Shown here piece by piece: positions 46,036 through 59,437 of a stretch of DNA of 64,000 bases. Below the pieces are notes generated by a model. It searched no databases, was not told the origin of the DNA, and worked only from the letters and a program-made list of their open reading frames with translations. Location of the stretch: NCBI RefSeq assembly GCF_000143415.4, contig NW_003314314.1, positions 70,318-134,317 of the forward strand, in the 5' to 3' direction. This stretch comes from Selaginella moellendorffii (lineage: Eukaryota > Plantae > Lycopodiophyta). Position numbers and translations under genes: made by a program. Each line of letters begins with the position of its first letter. Position 1 is the stretch's first letter.

Positions 46036-49021
46036 TGGCTAGGTGCCAAAGATGGAAATGGTAACACATGCGGGTGTTACTTTATAAAATGGTTTACCGT
46101 TCGATGAGGACATCGAACTTCGTCTATGGGTGGTGGAGTTGTGAAACACAAAATCCTTAGGCCCCAAAGTGGAGCCGGAAGGGTGCCACGTGGTAGTGGC
46201 CGAAGCGAAAGCCAAACAAGTGTAACACGTTTGGACTAAAAGCTCCGACTTGAAAGGTCGAGAGCGGGAGTGGAACTCCCAACAAAGTGCTCGAGGAATG
46301 AGCACGAAGCGAGCCATAAGCGAGGCTCTAAAAAGGGACCCGAAAGGACCAAAACATGACACGTGGAAGTGTCCGAGATGGAGTCTGAGGTGGACCCGAG
46401 ATGGGACCCGAGATGGAGTCCGAGATGGAGTCCGAGGTGGACCCGAGATGGACCCAAGATGGAGTCCGAGATGGAGTCCGAGATGGACCCGAGATGGAGT
46501 CCGAGATGGACCTGAGATGGAGTCCGAGATGGACCCGAGATGGACCCGAGTTGGAGTCCGAAGTCGAGACCGAGACCGAGATCGGGGCCGAGACCGAGAC
46601 CGAGACCGAGATCGGGACCGAGTCCGAGTCCGAGTCCGAGTCCGAGTCCGAGTCCAAGTCCGAGTCCGAGTCCGAGTCCGAGTCCGAGTCCGAGTTCGAG
46701 TCTGAGAGGGTGAAAGCCCAAAGCGTTCGTCTCCCAGACCCTGGGGGGTTTGGTGAGCTCCAAAAGTATAGTAAGGGGGAGGACTGCAATGGAGCCAGTT
46801 TGGCCAGGAAAGGCCAGTTTGGCCAGGAAAGGCCAGTTTGGCCCAGGAAGGCTGGACCCAGTGTTGGGTGATGAGCTGCCCACTGGGAAGTCCAAGACTA
46901 GAGTGAACACGGACCGACAAGCGGGGTAGCTTGGTGAAGTGTTCAAGAGCCGGCTCTAGTTCCCCCGGGAGATCGACTGGCCGATGCTCCCAGTCCAAGT
47001 GTGGGTGGCACTACCTACTTGGATACCTGTCGTGGCTCAATGGAACCTCGCTCTAAGCCCATGGCTAGAGCACCTAAAGGCGGAAGGCGGGGAGAGTACC
47101 CAGGTGGCTCGCGTAAGGCCACGGTGTTTCGAAATGTTGTCCCAAAGGCCCAGACTGTGGAAAGGAAGAGGAGCAGTCCTCTGGGGTAGTGACCAAGGAC
47201 ACAGTCGTGTGGTGAGGAAGTCCCCGAGGACCGTGGGACTTAGTGGTCGGGCCTGTGGGCCTCGATCCAGTGGCAGTGTCGGCAAACACGGCTAGGGGCA
47301 GAAAGGGACTTAGTGGGGACTGACAGAGGGATACTGGGGAAGGCTATTCCCCTTGTCGGTGGGCATCCTAAGGATGCTAAAGAGTGGATCTGAGATGACC
47401 ACTCACGGATGGTTTACCTAGTCTTGGAAAGCCAAGACTGTGATGCAAGTGGTATTGGACTACCAGTGTGGCAAAGGTGATTGGGCATGGCCTTAGCGTA
47501 ACAGGCTGCTATGTCGGTGGTACCTTTGAGTGTCGGTCGTGGGATCGGACATGTGGAGCACTTGGACCAAGTGCAAATGTTGAGTGGCATGGATGCCATT
47601 CTCGGGGCTAGCAAGTCCTAAGTCCTGAATTGGACTTATGGAGGTTGTGATTGAGACTCCTCCAAGTGGTCGGAGGTGTGGTTAAGTGACTAAAGTAGAA
47701 TGGAAAATTTAGTCGCTTACAATTTGGTATCGGAGCTGTTCCTTAGTCTGACTTTTATTGGTGCTCAAGTATATCACCATTGATATTGGCATCGGAAGGT
47801 CCTAGGAGTGGGCCTATCCTGGAGGAGTAGCATGTCGAGAGGACATGGCTCTCCACTCAAGTTCATGCGTGAACTTGGGCACAATATGGTGGATAGAAAA
47901 GGGCCAATAATGGAATGACTTTGGGATCTTGGGAACAGTATAAGGCCTCCTCAGAGAGCTGAGGATGTGATCCAAATGAACGTTTGACGCAGCAAACGGG
48001 CTAACGTAGTTGTGATAAACAACTATAGTTGGGATCACGGGAAAGATGTAGACTCCAAAACAATAAAGGAGTCACAAGATTATCCTCAAATAGTTGAGGT
48101 TGGTACTCATGAATGTGAGACCAGAGGTAATGACCGTGGGAGGTCAAATATGGAAGAGGACTTAAGTCCTTGAAATGGTAGCTGGGGCTACCTTTAATAA
48201 ATGTTGGAACAACCCAAGGAGTTGGGGGGTGTACTTAGAGATGAGTTGGTATTCTCATCACATGGACAAGTAGTCCTAAGGGGCAGAGGTTGCCCCAAAG
48301 AACAAAATCAAGTGTCAGAGTAACACTTGTGAAAATAGTCCTTTTGAGTAGGACAGGAATGCAATAAGTGTATTCCAGTGAGCTAGTGCCTCACAAGTAG
48401 GACCTTACAGGTCTGTGGATTAACCAAGTCCAAAACTGCTGGATGACTCAAGTAGAGTCAAGGGATGGTCCTAAAAGGACTGATGGAAGCATTTGGACTG
48501 AGGTGTGTTGTACCCCACGAAGGATGGGGGGGATCATAGGATCCAAGGATGAGAACAAAAGGTATCTCATTGATGGCAAAATGTGCCATGCTAAAGTCGT
48601 GGGAAAGGTGTTCCCAAAAAGAAAACAACTTTAACACAAAGTTGTGTGTGACCTCTATGGTGCAGTGCTAACAAATGGTTGGTATGAAAAAGAGCGGTAT
48701 TGGTCTTGGCAAAGACTTAGACACAAAGAAGAAGTGTCATAGAGGTAGGCTCGTGAAGCCGATGGTGTGGAGACACCGAAGGTGCCAAGGCGTGCTGCCT
48801 TGAGGTCAAGTTGGCGGGTTCATGAGAACCCTGTCCAAAGGAATCCCAATGGAAATGGGAATGGCATAGCCTAAGCTGGAAGGCATGCGGTTAGAGTGTG
48901 GTGACCCGGATAATGATGGAGGTGTGAAAGCACCAAGCAATGGGTTGTAGGACTTGACAATTATGGGGCAACTAAGCAAGAGGCGCAAGATAATTGGTTA
49001 AATGGGTAGAAGGTAGCTACC

Positions 49022-49352
49022 NNNNNNNNNNNNNNNNNNNNNNNNNNNNNNNNNNNNNNNNNNNNNNNNNNNNNNNNNNNNNNNNNNNNNNNNNNNNNNN
49101 NNNNNNNNNNNNNNNNNNNNNNNNNNNNNNNNNNNNNNNNNNNNNNNNNNNNNNNNNNNNNNNNNNNNNNNNNNNNNNNNNNNNNNNNNNNNNNNNNNNN
49201 NNNNNNNNNNNNNNNNNNNNNNNNNNNNNNNNNNNNNNNNNNNNNNNNNNNNNNNNNNNNNNNNNNNNNNNNNNNNNNNNNNNNNNNNNNNNNNNNNNNN
49301 NNNNNNNNNNNNNNNNNNNNNNNNNNNNNNNNNNNNNNNNNNNNNNNNNNNN
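49022..49352. other. Assembly gap (N run)
   Basis: 331 Ns. Confidence 0.99.
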
Positions 49353-50455
49353 CCATAAGCAGCAACGTTAATCCCGATATGTGGGATTATAAAGTGAGCA
49401 TGCCCAAGATTGAGGAACCACTCCCTATGCTATCGGGTAAGTTCATCCCTAAGAATACTTGCTAAGGCATAGTAAAATGTGCAAAGCTATCCTCCTAGTC
49501 TGGAGGAGAATAACCAAAGGAAACATATGGGGCCAAAAGGCAAGTAATATTGGGATGGAACTGAACTATAGAAATCAAAGGGCATATCCCACAGTGGTTA
49601 TGCAAGTTGGGAGTGGAGAATCAAGAGGGTGCTCAAGGATGTTGTTGCTAGCAACCGTGAGGCCATGGAGAGTCTAAAATATGGAATTGTCCATGTTAGA
49701 CTATATGGCAACTATAAAGCTTGCGAAAAGGGAGGCCTTAACAAGCTGAGGGACAGAGTTCCTTCAAGGTTCCCAAAGACGATTCTAGGTAGCTTAGTAC
49801 CTAAAAAGGCCAAGTGTAAATGGTTCATGGAACGCGCGAAATCAGAGTGGCGCAGCAGAAGCGTGGTCTTGAAGCTTGCCATGAGGCAAGGCTATCAAGG
49901 TTAGGGAAGTAGTTCCCGAGTGTTCAAAGAGAGGGCTTTGAACGAAAGTCAATGGTCAAGGACTTTCACGCTTATGCATGAACTATGTTACAGTGGTCGG
50001 AGGACTTGCCAAGCGAGATTGACACGTCGGGGGAACAAATACCCTAATTGAAGGTGATAACTTCAAAAAGGGTGGGCCATGGGGGCGAGCATGGAGGAGT
50101 CCATGCATGATCACAGACATGTCAAGTGAGAGGACTTGGCAGTGTGGAGGAACTAGGTTCCTAAGCTGTGATCTGTAGCGCGCTTTAAATATAAATCTAA
50201 CTTTAATATTGTCCATCAGATTCTATTGATCTTTGAGTTTGGGCCAGTATAGGCAGACTGACTTCGACACTTCGTGTGCATGTTGAAATCTCTAGTCATG
50301 GGGTAGCTACTGTCGACTGGTCACATAACCCACCTCTCTGTCGATGTTCCTTATTCCGTTCAAAAGGGCGTGACCGTGTAAACAACTCTAACTGCCTATT
50401 TACAGTAGTCTATCTAAACCTTACCGACGGGTTTGGTTTTTTTCCGTGGTACTAT

Positions 50456-50555
50456 NNNNNNNNNNNNNNNNNNNNNNNNNNNNNNNNNNNNNNNNNNNNN
50501 NNNNNNNNNNNNNNNNNNNNNNNNNNNNNNNNNNNNNNNNNNNNNNNNNNNNNNN
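50456..50555. other. Assembly gap (N run)
   Basis: 100 Ns. Confidence 0.99.
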
Positions 50556-51679
50556 GAGCTGGTAGCGCATCTGTGTTAAAAAAAGAGGTTGCCTCTTAAC
50601 TCATTTAAGTTGGTGCATTTCTCACATAGTGTGAATACCGTGAACTTTTTCTGGAGTTGTTTCCTTGGCGGTATTCTAGACTCGAGTGTGCATCGACGAG
50701 GATGTCAATCTTCCCTAGGGGGGGAGAGTGTCGCGAATGTGACTTCGGGTATCGAAAGTTACCTGTGGATTAGTCCTTACGGACATTCTTACCTTACTGC
50801 CACGATGGTAGGAAGTCGGTATTGCTGGGCCCGTTATCAGTCTCCGCTTAAGCTAGTTGAGAAACTGGTCTTCGCGTGTGCACTTGACCAAATAGGCATA
50901 AGGACGAAATTCCTACATGCTATTTGTCAAACATACTTGACTTGGTTAGAGAAACTCATTCGTTGATTTGCACTTGCTAGTTTTGGGAACCCCCGGGGGG
51001 GGGGCTCCAGGCTCCTATCCCTTCGCTCCTTGGGCTTTATGCTTAGGAGTTGCTCCGTGGTTCGGTTCCATCACTCCTTGGCTCCACACTTGGGAGTTTG
51101 GCACCGTTCCTTCATTCAGTGGCCCAAGGCGCTGAACCTCGGGTTCCTATGGACATGTGGCATGGACACGTGGCATGTGACACGTGGCATCTGTCACATG
51201 GCACAAAGAGGGTTTAGGTTCCGCTTTGTGGTGTTATCCTATGGTAAATCACCATAGGATAAAGGGTCAAAACCACCTGTGCTACAGTTGTGCTTGCCAA
51301 CACTACCACTGGGTTAGCCCAAAGGCCTGAAGGCCTGACCACTAAGTCCTATCCACCTCTAAAACTTCCTTGCCATGTGATTATATGCTTGGTCACTACA
51401 CAAGAGGACTACTCCTTTTCCTCTCCACAGTCTAGGACTTTAGGATAATATTTCAAAACACTATAGCCCAATGCGAACCTTGTGGGTACTCTCCCCACCT
51501 TCTGCCTTTAGGTGCCCTAGCCATGTGGCTAGAGCGAGGTTTCGATGAGCCATACCAAATATCCAAGTAGGTAGTAACACCTACACACAAATCCTTAAAC
51601 CCTAAACTCTAGACCATTTAAGTAGTTTAAGGGAAATTAAAACCTTTCTATCTTTGCTCTTCTTGCATCCTCAAACAAT

Positions 51680-52560
51680 AGCTATCTAGAGTGGAGCTAA
51701 GAGGGTGCCATGTGGTAGTGGTTGAAGTGGAAGCTAGACAAGCGTAACACATTTGGACTAAAAGCTTTAACTCAAAAAGTTGAGAGCAAGAGTGGAACTC
51801 CCATTGAAAGCATAAAGCAATCAATAAGCAAGCCTCTAGAAAAGGGAAACAAAAAGATCAACATATGACACGTGGAAGTGTTATAATTAAGTCCGAGATG
51901 GACTTGAGATGGAATCCGAGGAGTCCAAGATAGAGTCCGAATTGAAGTTTGAGATGGATGCAAGATGGAGTCCAAGAAAGAGTCCGAGATGGACCCGAGA
52001 TGGACCCAAGATGGAGCCTGAGATAGAGTTTGAAATGGACCCAAGATCGAGTCTAGATGGAGTCTAAGATGGAGCCCAAAATGGAGCCCAAAATGGAGCT
52101 TGAAACAGGGATCGGGACTGGGACCAAGATAGAGGCCAAGACCCAGACCGAGTCCAAGACCGAGTCCAAGACTGAGTCCAAGACCTAGTCCAAGTTTGAA
52201 TTTGAATCTGAAGTGAAATCCCAAAGCAATTATTTCCCAAGTGAGCTTTAAAAGGATAGTAAAAGGAGGACTTCAGTGGAACTAGTTTAGTTAGTAAAAC
52301 CAATGTGGCTAAGGAAGGTTATACCCATGTGGTGGGTGATGATATAACTATTGAGGAGTCCAAGACTAAAGTGAATATAGACAGACAAGTGGGGTAACTT
52401 GGTGAAGTATTCAAAAGCTAACTCTAACTCCCCTAGGAGATCAAATAGTCAATGCTCCCAATCTAAGTGTGGGTGGCACTACCTACTGGATACCTGGCAT
52501 TGCTCATCAAAACCTTGCTCTAGCCACATGGCTAGGGCACCCAAAGGCAAAAGGTGGAAA
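51680..52560 (+). repeat. Old decayed family B LTR fragment
   Basis: Colinear with 40490-41370 (GGGTGCCATGTGGTAGTGG, GAGTCC/GAGATG array, CCCAAAGC, GTGTGGGTGGCACTACCTACT) with many transitions. Confidence 0.75.
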
Positions 52561-53949
52561 GAGTATTTATTAGGGCATCTTTTAGCCCCAATTATGGATC
52601 CATCCCTCACATATAAACTCACAAAGCTGCAGCTTCAAACTCATCAACAAGAGAAAATGAGGAGGACCCTTGATATTTCACCTTCACATGGTTTTTATAC
52701 AATCATTTGGAATATTTTAAGAATCAAAATATCCTCTCCCTCTCTCTCAAGACACCCATATCTACAACTGGGGAGTAGGAGTAAGAGTAGTAGTGAGAGC
52801 AGGAGCAGTAGTAGGAGTAGGAATAAAAATAGGGGTAGAGGTAAGAGTAGGAGCGGGGCAAGAGTAAGGTTAGGAGCAAGAGTAAAAGTTGCTTCTCTAG
52901 CTGCAACATGTGATGCGAGGAGAAGGTGGCAATGAGCTAGTGCTGCAACAAGCAACTATTAGTGGATGCACAAAACTTTGGTGCACAAGAACCCATGGCT
53001 AAGATGCTCCCATATGCTAGAATGTAGTGTCTAGGGTGGGTAATTGCTGAAACAAAGAGAAATGGGAATAAAAACAAGAGATGAAAATAAAAAATAAAAT
53101 AAAGATGAAAGTAGAAGATGGGAAAGGAGTTTAAAGTGCAAAGATACAAGGAAAACCCAATGGGAAACTATATAGTTGAATTAGATACTCAAGAAAGTAG
53201 GAACAAAGGGAAAAATGAGAAGAAAAGCGTAAAACAACCAAATGGAAAGAAGCTCAAACAGTCTGGAAAGTGAATATGCAAATGCAACCTCAAGCTCATG
53301 TAGTTTGTGCTCAAAACTTTGGCTGAGAATGAAGAAGAAAACATAGAGACTGTATTGCCTAATGGTGGTAACTATGAAATAGAAGATGAACTATAATGGA
53401 AGAAAATGATGATAGGGGATTTTGGTAGAAGGATGATATGATTGAGTGTGTCCAAGGATGGGCTCTAATCTGATGTAGTGAAATGTGAAGTCATAGCTAC
53501 TGCTCACACCAAAAACTGCTGGACTATTGCTCAAGGATGCCCTTTGCAATCAGGCTATTCTACTAGAAGAAGAAATCAATTCTAAAAAGAAGAAAGTTGC
53601 AGTATGTGACTAGTTCATTGAATATCTCACATGTTGTGCATGAGAATATCTTGATTTGTGTTTTTGCTTGTCTGGAAGAGCTTTTATGATGAAGTGTTGT
53701 CCACAAATGTCTAGTATGAATAGATGATGAATGGTGGAAAATGTGAAAGATATTATTAGGTATGTGTAGTGGGTGGTAGAGAATTCTAGAGTATAGATGA
53801 TATAGAATGGTGATGAAAATGTGAGGATGGAACTGATGTAGGGAAAAAAACTAAAGAAATGAAGCACAAATCAACAAGAGTCGAGAAATTTTCATACAAT
53901 CAATAATGTAGCTAGAGTGTGTTCATTAAAAGAAACTTTCTCCACATAA

Positions 53950-56650
53950 TTCCTTGACCTGAAAAAAGATGTAAAAAGAGTGAGAGCAGAAAGAAAAAAA
54001 AAAAAAAAAAAAAAAAGTAAAAAAATAAGTGCAAGTGGCTTCTGTGATGGGTGATGATGATGGAAGCATCAAGAGGATGCAAGGAATCCTATAAAAGGCC
54101 TAGAATGCCGCTGAAACTAACTTAGTCACCCTCAAGTGTTAGATTGCATCGAAAATGCCTAAGGTGGTGAATAATGTCACTGTAAGAGAATCTAGGATGC
54201 TGGAACTGCTTGGAAGGATGGGAGCCTCCTGAGGATGGTAGAAAGTGTCCCCAAGGACCTATAGAAGTCATCATGTGTCGCTGATGAAGATCTGGTGGTT
54301 GAGTGAAGTGTCGATAGTGTCAGATAATGTTTCGAGTGTTGTAGCAGGATGAAGTTGGGATCCAGCCATGAACCTAAGTTTGGGAAAAGCTGAGATGAGG
54401 TGCCAAGTTAGGAGAAACTCCAAGGAAAAGTCGAGATGCTACTAGAAAACGCCTGCCACCTTTATGTCATGGTCGTATCCCAAGTGAGTAGCAAGGTTGG
54501 ACTGCAAGTTTGGGGTGAGAAGTGCCACCAAGAGTGTAGTCACTAAGCTGGAAAGTCAAAAGTGTACTCAAAAGTGTTGATGTAGTCCAGTCCATGTTGA
54601 AGAAGTCAATTATATTGTAGTCAACAACTTGGATCTCCAACAGCGTGTCATCCTCAATAAGTTTCAGGAAAAAAACCTTAAGAGCCTAGTCAACTTAAAT
54701 AATGGAAGAAGCATCCACTTGAGACAAGTTATATGGAAGTAGAGAATGACTATGGGTATTGAGAAGAGTTTCTACCATAGATGCTGTCGGTAATCGTTGA
54801 TTCTCCCTTGGCCCAAGTTGTCATGTAAGTCTGTCCTAAGATAATCGAGTCCTTCAGCTTCCCAAATCCTAGCTTTTGGAAGTCCACAACAAGGAAATTT
54901 AGCATGGAAACCACTCCTTGCACCAAGATTTTGACATTCCAATAGATGCTTGTAGGAACAATTTAGTGATTGGCAAACATTTTGAGAATGATAGTTGTGT
55001 TTCTCACCACTTCCAAGCCACTAGAAAGTGCCAAGTTGAGGGAGATGATGTTGCTCTGGGATCTAGAATCAAGTAATGCTTGTGCTGTCAAAGATCTATC
55101 GCTGATGTGGACCTCCACAAAGAATGCTTTGGGATCATAAGTGGTTTGAGTGTTGATGATGTGGATGTTATACTAATGTTCCATAGGGATGCCTGTGGAC
55201 TTGGCAAAGCCTCTAGCTAAGGAGTAAAACCAGGTACATATTGCAAAAGCTCACCAAGTGTGATCTAGATTGAAGTGTCAACAATCTAAGCAAGAACTTC
55301 TTATAGGACTTGAGAAAGAGTGGAGGGCAGCTGGGAGACCCTACATTAAAAGTTGGATGAATATCCAATTGTTGGATTTGAAGTTGTGGCCAAGGATGTG
55401 GGTGGCATTGCAAATACTGAAGCATGGGGTAACTTGCATGCCATGAGAGATGGGGAAGTTCTAGAAACTAGAGCTAGATCTTGCTCACCATCAATATTTG
55501 GGGCTAAAGGAGAAACCTTCTTGTGCCCTTGAGTCATAACAGCCATCTTATAACTGTCCTCTACAACATAAACTATGTTGACATGCATTAGTGTTTCCAC
55601 AGCTCGACGAAAGGGTGTCTTTGACGCTTTCTACTCCAATTGTTGCTGGTATCTATCTCTAGCTATGGAAGAAATATGTTGTCTGGTAGAAGTTACTGTT
55701 AAACATGCTGGACAAAAGGTGGTTGAAGTTCTAAGTGAAGCTTCCAACATCTCTTTATGCTGTGTATCATAACATCGCAATGCGAGTAGTACCAAGAACG
55801 AAGAGGGCATCTTAGTCTCCCTGCCTACTGTAAGCAGCATGCTTTAAGCTCCTCAAGTAGCTTCTCTTGCATTTATCATTGCTGCTAGATAATCTCCTTG
55901 TATCTTGCATGCTTCGACAATGCCTTCTCGATCATTGAGGGAACTCTATCATCACTGTGCGGGGCTGGAGAAGAATGGATCATGGTAGCACATGAGCTCT
56001 CATCTAAAGGTGGGAGGAAAACCTCCTCTACCCTAGGAATCTTGAGATCTTGGAGAAGATCCCACTCCAAAGTCTCTACTTAGAGCAAATGCCTCATAAC
56101 ACATCCAAAACTCTTGCTTAAGCATCTTGCATTTGAGATTTCCCTTGAGGACAAAGATGAATGTAGTGATGCCATGAGGTTCATTTGTGATGACACACTC
56201 CTAGTAAAACCTAAACCACATCATATATTCCGGCACAGATTCACGTGCTCCTTGCCAAAAAACGAACAAATCCATGAGTAAGCGATTTCTTGGTAACTGC
56301 TAATCAAAGTGACCTTAGAAAGATGCTTTGAATGTGGAGTTGTCAGCCATATCTACCTCCAAGAGTGTCTCTACCCACGTTTCTGCTCGGCTAGTAAGCA
56401 ATCGCAAGAAGTCACAAAGCTTGTGATCATCCTCGATGATGCCATTCGACATGCAATATTGCTCAAAATGAGTGACATGTGTATTGGCAAAGATGTCGCC
56501 ATTGCCAGATAAGTATGTCAAGTCGGTGCCTCGCTGTAGAATGTGGATTTATGTAGAAAAGCCATGGATGGTGGACTCCCTGACTCGATATCTGTAATGA
56601 ATGATAAATCCTCCTCATCAAAAAGAGTAGTTTGATAATCGAGCTCTCGT
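53950..56650 (-). pseudogene. Decayed Ty3/gypsy gag-pol remnant (copy B; pol part deleted in copy A)
   Basis: Minus-strand QALLDSRS protease-like motif at ~55060-55085; gag ORF 56315-56521 paralogous to 8121-8327. Confidence 0.5.
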
Positions 56651-59437
56651 AGAAGGTGTGAAAAATGTCCCCATACCCTAGGCACTGTATGGAAGTTTGC
56701 TAGTTGCCATCTCTAATTGGAACGAGTGTGAACTAGCATAAAATGTCCACTGTGCAATAGATGCCAGGTTATGGAAAATACAACGCACTAAGAACTTTGA
56801 CTTGTGTGAGAGCAAAGTATCTAAATGGGATAACTCCAAATAAAAGAGTATCCTCATGTAGATTTTCCCAAATAAAATCACTCTCACTCTTGCAAATGCC
56901 AATTTCTCACGACAAAAGAAAAAAATATTGCAAAGAAAAGGGGGAAAAAAGAAAAAATTAAACTCCAATACTCAAAATGCCTAAGAGGAAAACATTTGCA
57001 TGGAAATCTCTTGACTTTGCACACAAAAATGGGTGTGGATGGACTTGTTTAAAAGTTTATACTCAAACCAAAAGAATGAAACCAAAACCATGAGTTAAAA
57101 TGCCTAAAATCTCAACAAAAAAATTGATTCAAACATTAAATTCTAGACAATAAAAAGGAAAACAAAAGAAAATGCACTCCCTAGTACAAGAAACACTCAT
57201 TTTTAACATTGGTAAAAGGTAATAACATGGCCGTAATGATTTCCATGAGAATGACACCTCAAATTCCCTCAAGATTAAGCTAGAAATTTGCAAATTTGAG
57301 CTATGAAGCGCCGTGAGAGAAAAACTACTCCATGTCATAGCTTAAAGCGAATTAGCTACCAAGAAAGGACTCTCTGAAAAACTTGTCTTTATATTTACAT
57401 GTCCAGAAAAAGAAATTCTTGAATCAGTCCCAAAATCGCAAGCTTAGAGTGTTGAAAATTTGCCATGAAAAACAGAGGAGCGTGATGGACAAAATTTCAT
57501 TAAATTAGCAATTGAATCCTCCACAAAACAAGGTGCTCTTTAGCTTGTTGGAAAGAGGATGCCAAGTCGCATCGACCCAAAGAAAGAAAAACTAGAATCA
57601 ATATACTAATCATGAGAAATCACTAGAAAACCAAATGGAAAGAGGTAATATAGAAAATTAATGTAAGAATGAAAAAAAATTTTAAACTTACACTCTAAAT
57701 TCATGGAAGTTGAAACCCCTAATGGTCCTAGGGTCTCTAAGAATATGAATCTAACCCTAGAACTCAACATTTCTCTCAATTTCCTAAAACAAACTCTCCA
57801 TTCTTTCAAAAAAACTAAACTAGCTTATTCATGTTGAGTTCACCAAGTTTTAGGTCATCTTTCAGCCCTAACCATGGATCCATCCCTCACATACAAATTC
57901 ACAAAACCGTAATTCCAAACTTAATTGCCAGAGGAAATAAGGAGGACCTTTGATATAGCCTTTGTGGAGTTTTACTATTTGGAATATTTTGAGAATCAAA
58001 ATTTCCTCTCCCTATCTCTCAAAACACCCATAGCTACAACTAGAGAGTAGGAGTGAGAGTAAGAGTGGGAGCAACAATAGTAGTAAGACCGGGAGTAAGA
58101 GTAAAAGCGGAAGTAAAAATAGGAGCAAGGGTAGAAGTGGGAGTAAGAGTGGTCTCTCTATCTATAACATGTGACGTAAAGATAAGCAATAATAAATTTG
58201 TGTTGCAACACTCGAAACAAGAAATGCACCCAAATCTTGGGATTTAGAAGGTTTTGTGATTAAGTTTTGTTATACCTAAGCATATAAAAAACCTAGAGGC
58301 TTGGTGTGTTTAGCTGGTTGTGCTTATAGGGATTGTAATTAAATCTTAAGTCCAAACTCACCTAAGGAGAGGGATTAAAGGAAATATTATGAATCTGTAG
58401 ATGCATGGCTAACACTTCATTACTTGTGTAGTGAGGAAGCTAAATCCAAGTAGGACCAAGTAAAAGATGGTATAATAAGTGGGGACCTTGGCAAGGGAAC
58501 TTAACTAATGCCAAAGCAAAGGTGGTCGAATAAAAAAGGTAAGTTGGCAAATTAAAAAAAAATATTTATGGCTTATATCAAACTCCAAACCTTTTGTGCA
58601 ACAAAATGAAGATTTGGTACACACTTAATATCTTTTACGAACATTAACTCCCTATATCCAACTTTTGCATGTAAAATAGTATTAGATGGTGTTTAGCCCA
58701 ATTCTGGCATACTGGTGGCCTATAACAAAAAGGTGGATACCCCACTAATTAGAGCAACATGGAACTTGAGATTATTCCCAAGCTAAACACAAAATCATGA
58801 GCAATACAACCTAGCAGGACCAATTTAATATTTTAGATGGTCAATAATGCTTCCAAATACTATCTTTATTATACATTTAGAACCTTCCACAACCCCTCAT
58901 CCCTCACCCTAGAAAAATGTATGCTTTTAGGCTTTCACCCCAATCTCAACAACTAATTTATGGGATTTGAAAATTTACTAGATATGGAATAAAACTAAAT
59001 TGTGAATTGGGATGCAGGAACAACACCATGGGATTCATGACACTCTCTAGATTCCATAGATATGCAATTTAGACAGATTTAACCACTTACTATAAATAGC
59101 ACAAAAGACTGAATGGAACTAATACATGAGGTATGATAGTGAGGCTGTTTGGTGGACATAATAAGCTATCATAAAGCATTATTGAGGAACTAGACTCAAC
59201 ACATGAGGGTTCTTATCATTAGCTAATGCAACATACAACACATTTAGCTAATAATATATAAAAAATTCAATCCTTATGCTTGTTTAGTTTAAGTACACTT
59301 AAGATGTCCAATTAACTCCGCTAGCATAAGAGGGGACAATAATAAAGTGGTCCAACTATATCAACCTTTATGGCAGAAGAGAGAGTGTCCAAAAGTACTT
59401 TTTAACAAGTATTTTTTTGATACCTGAAGCCACATTT

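Larger units (their letters stand above)
40466..50193 (+). mobile_element. LTR family B (non-coding, LARD-like) in tandem LTR-int-LTR-int arrangement, 3'-truncated
   Basis: LTR1 40466-41985; PBS TGGTATCGGAGC 41989-42000; internal region to PPT GGGTGGTGGAGT; LTR2 46140-47721 followed by a second PBS and a near-identical internal region; returns to family A sequence at ~50195. Confidence 0.88.
23357..51286 (+). mobile_element. LTR retroelement family A, copy 2, expanded to 28 kb by nested insertions
   Basis: 5' LTR 23357-24254; mutated PBS TAGTATCAGA; PPT then 3' LTR 50729-51286; TSD GTTGT at 23352-23356 and 51287-51291. Confidence 0.9.
24209..59325 (+). repeat. Segmental duplication copy B (paralog of 1-16708)
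   Basis: Colinear blocks 1~24209, 6729~51287, 6986~55184, 15547~58160; homology ends at ...AATTAACTCC(A/G)CTAGC (16708/59325). Confidence 0.88.

Noticed and set aside
41986-46139. Short ORFs in family A and B internal regions as genes
   Set aside because: All short, no recognisable gag/pol motifs, and most are not preserved between copies.
48961-49371. ORFs spanning N runs (also 50276-50599)
   Set aside because: Artefacts of assembly gaps.
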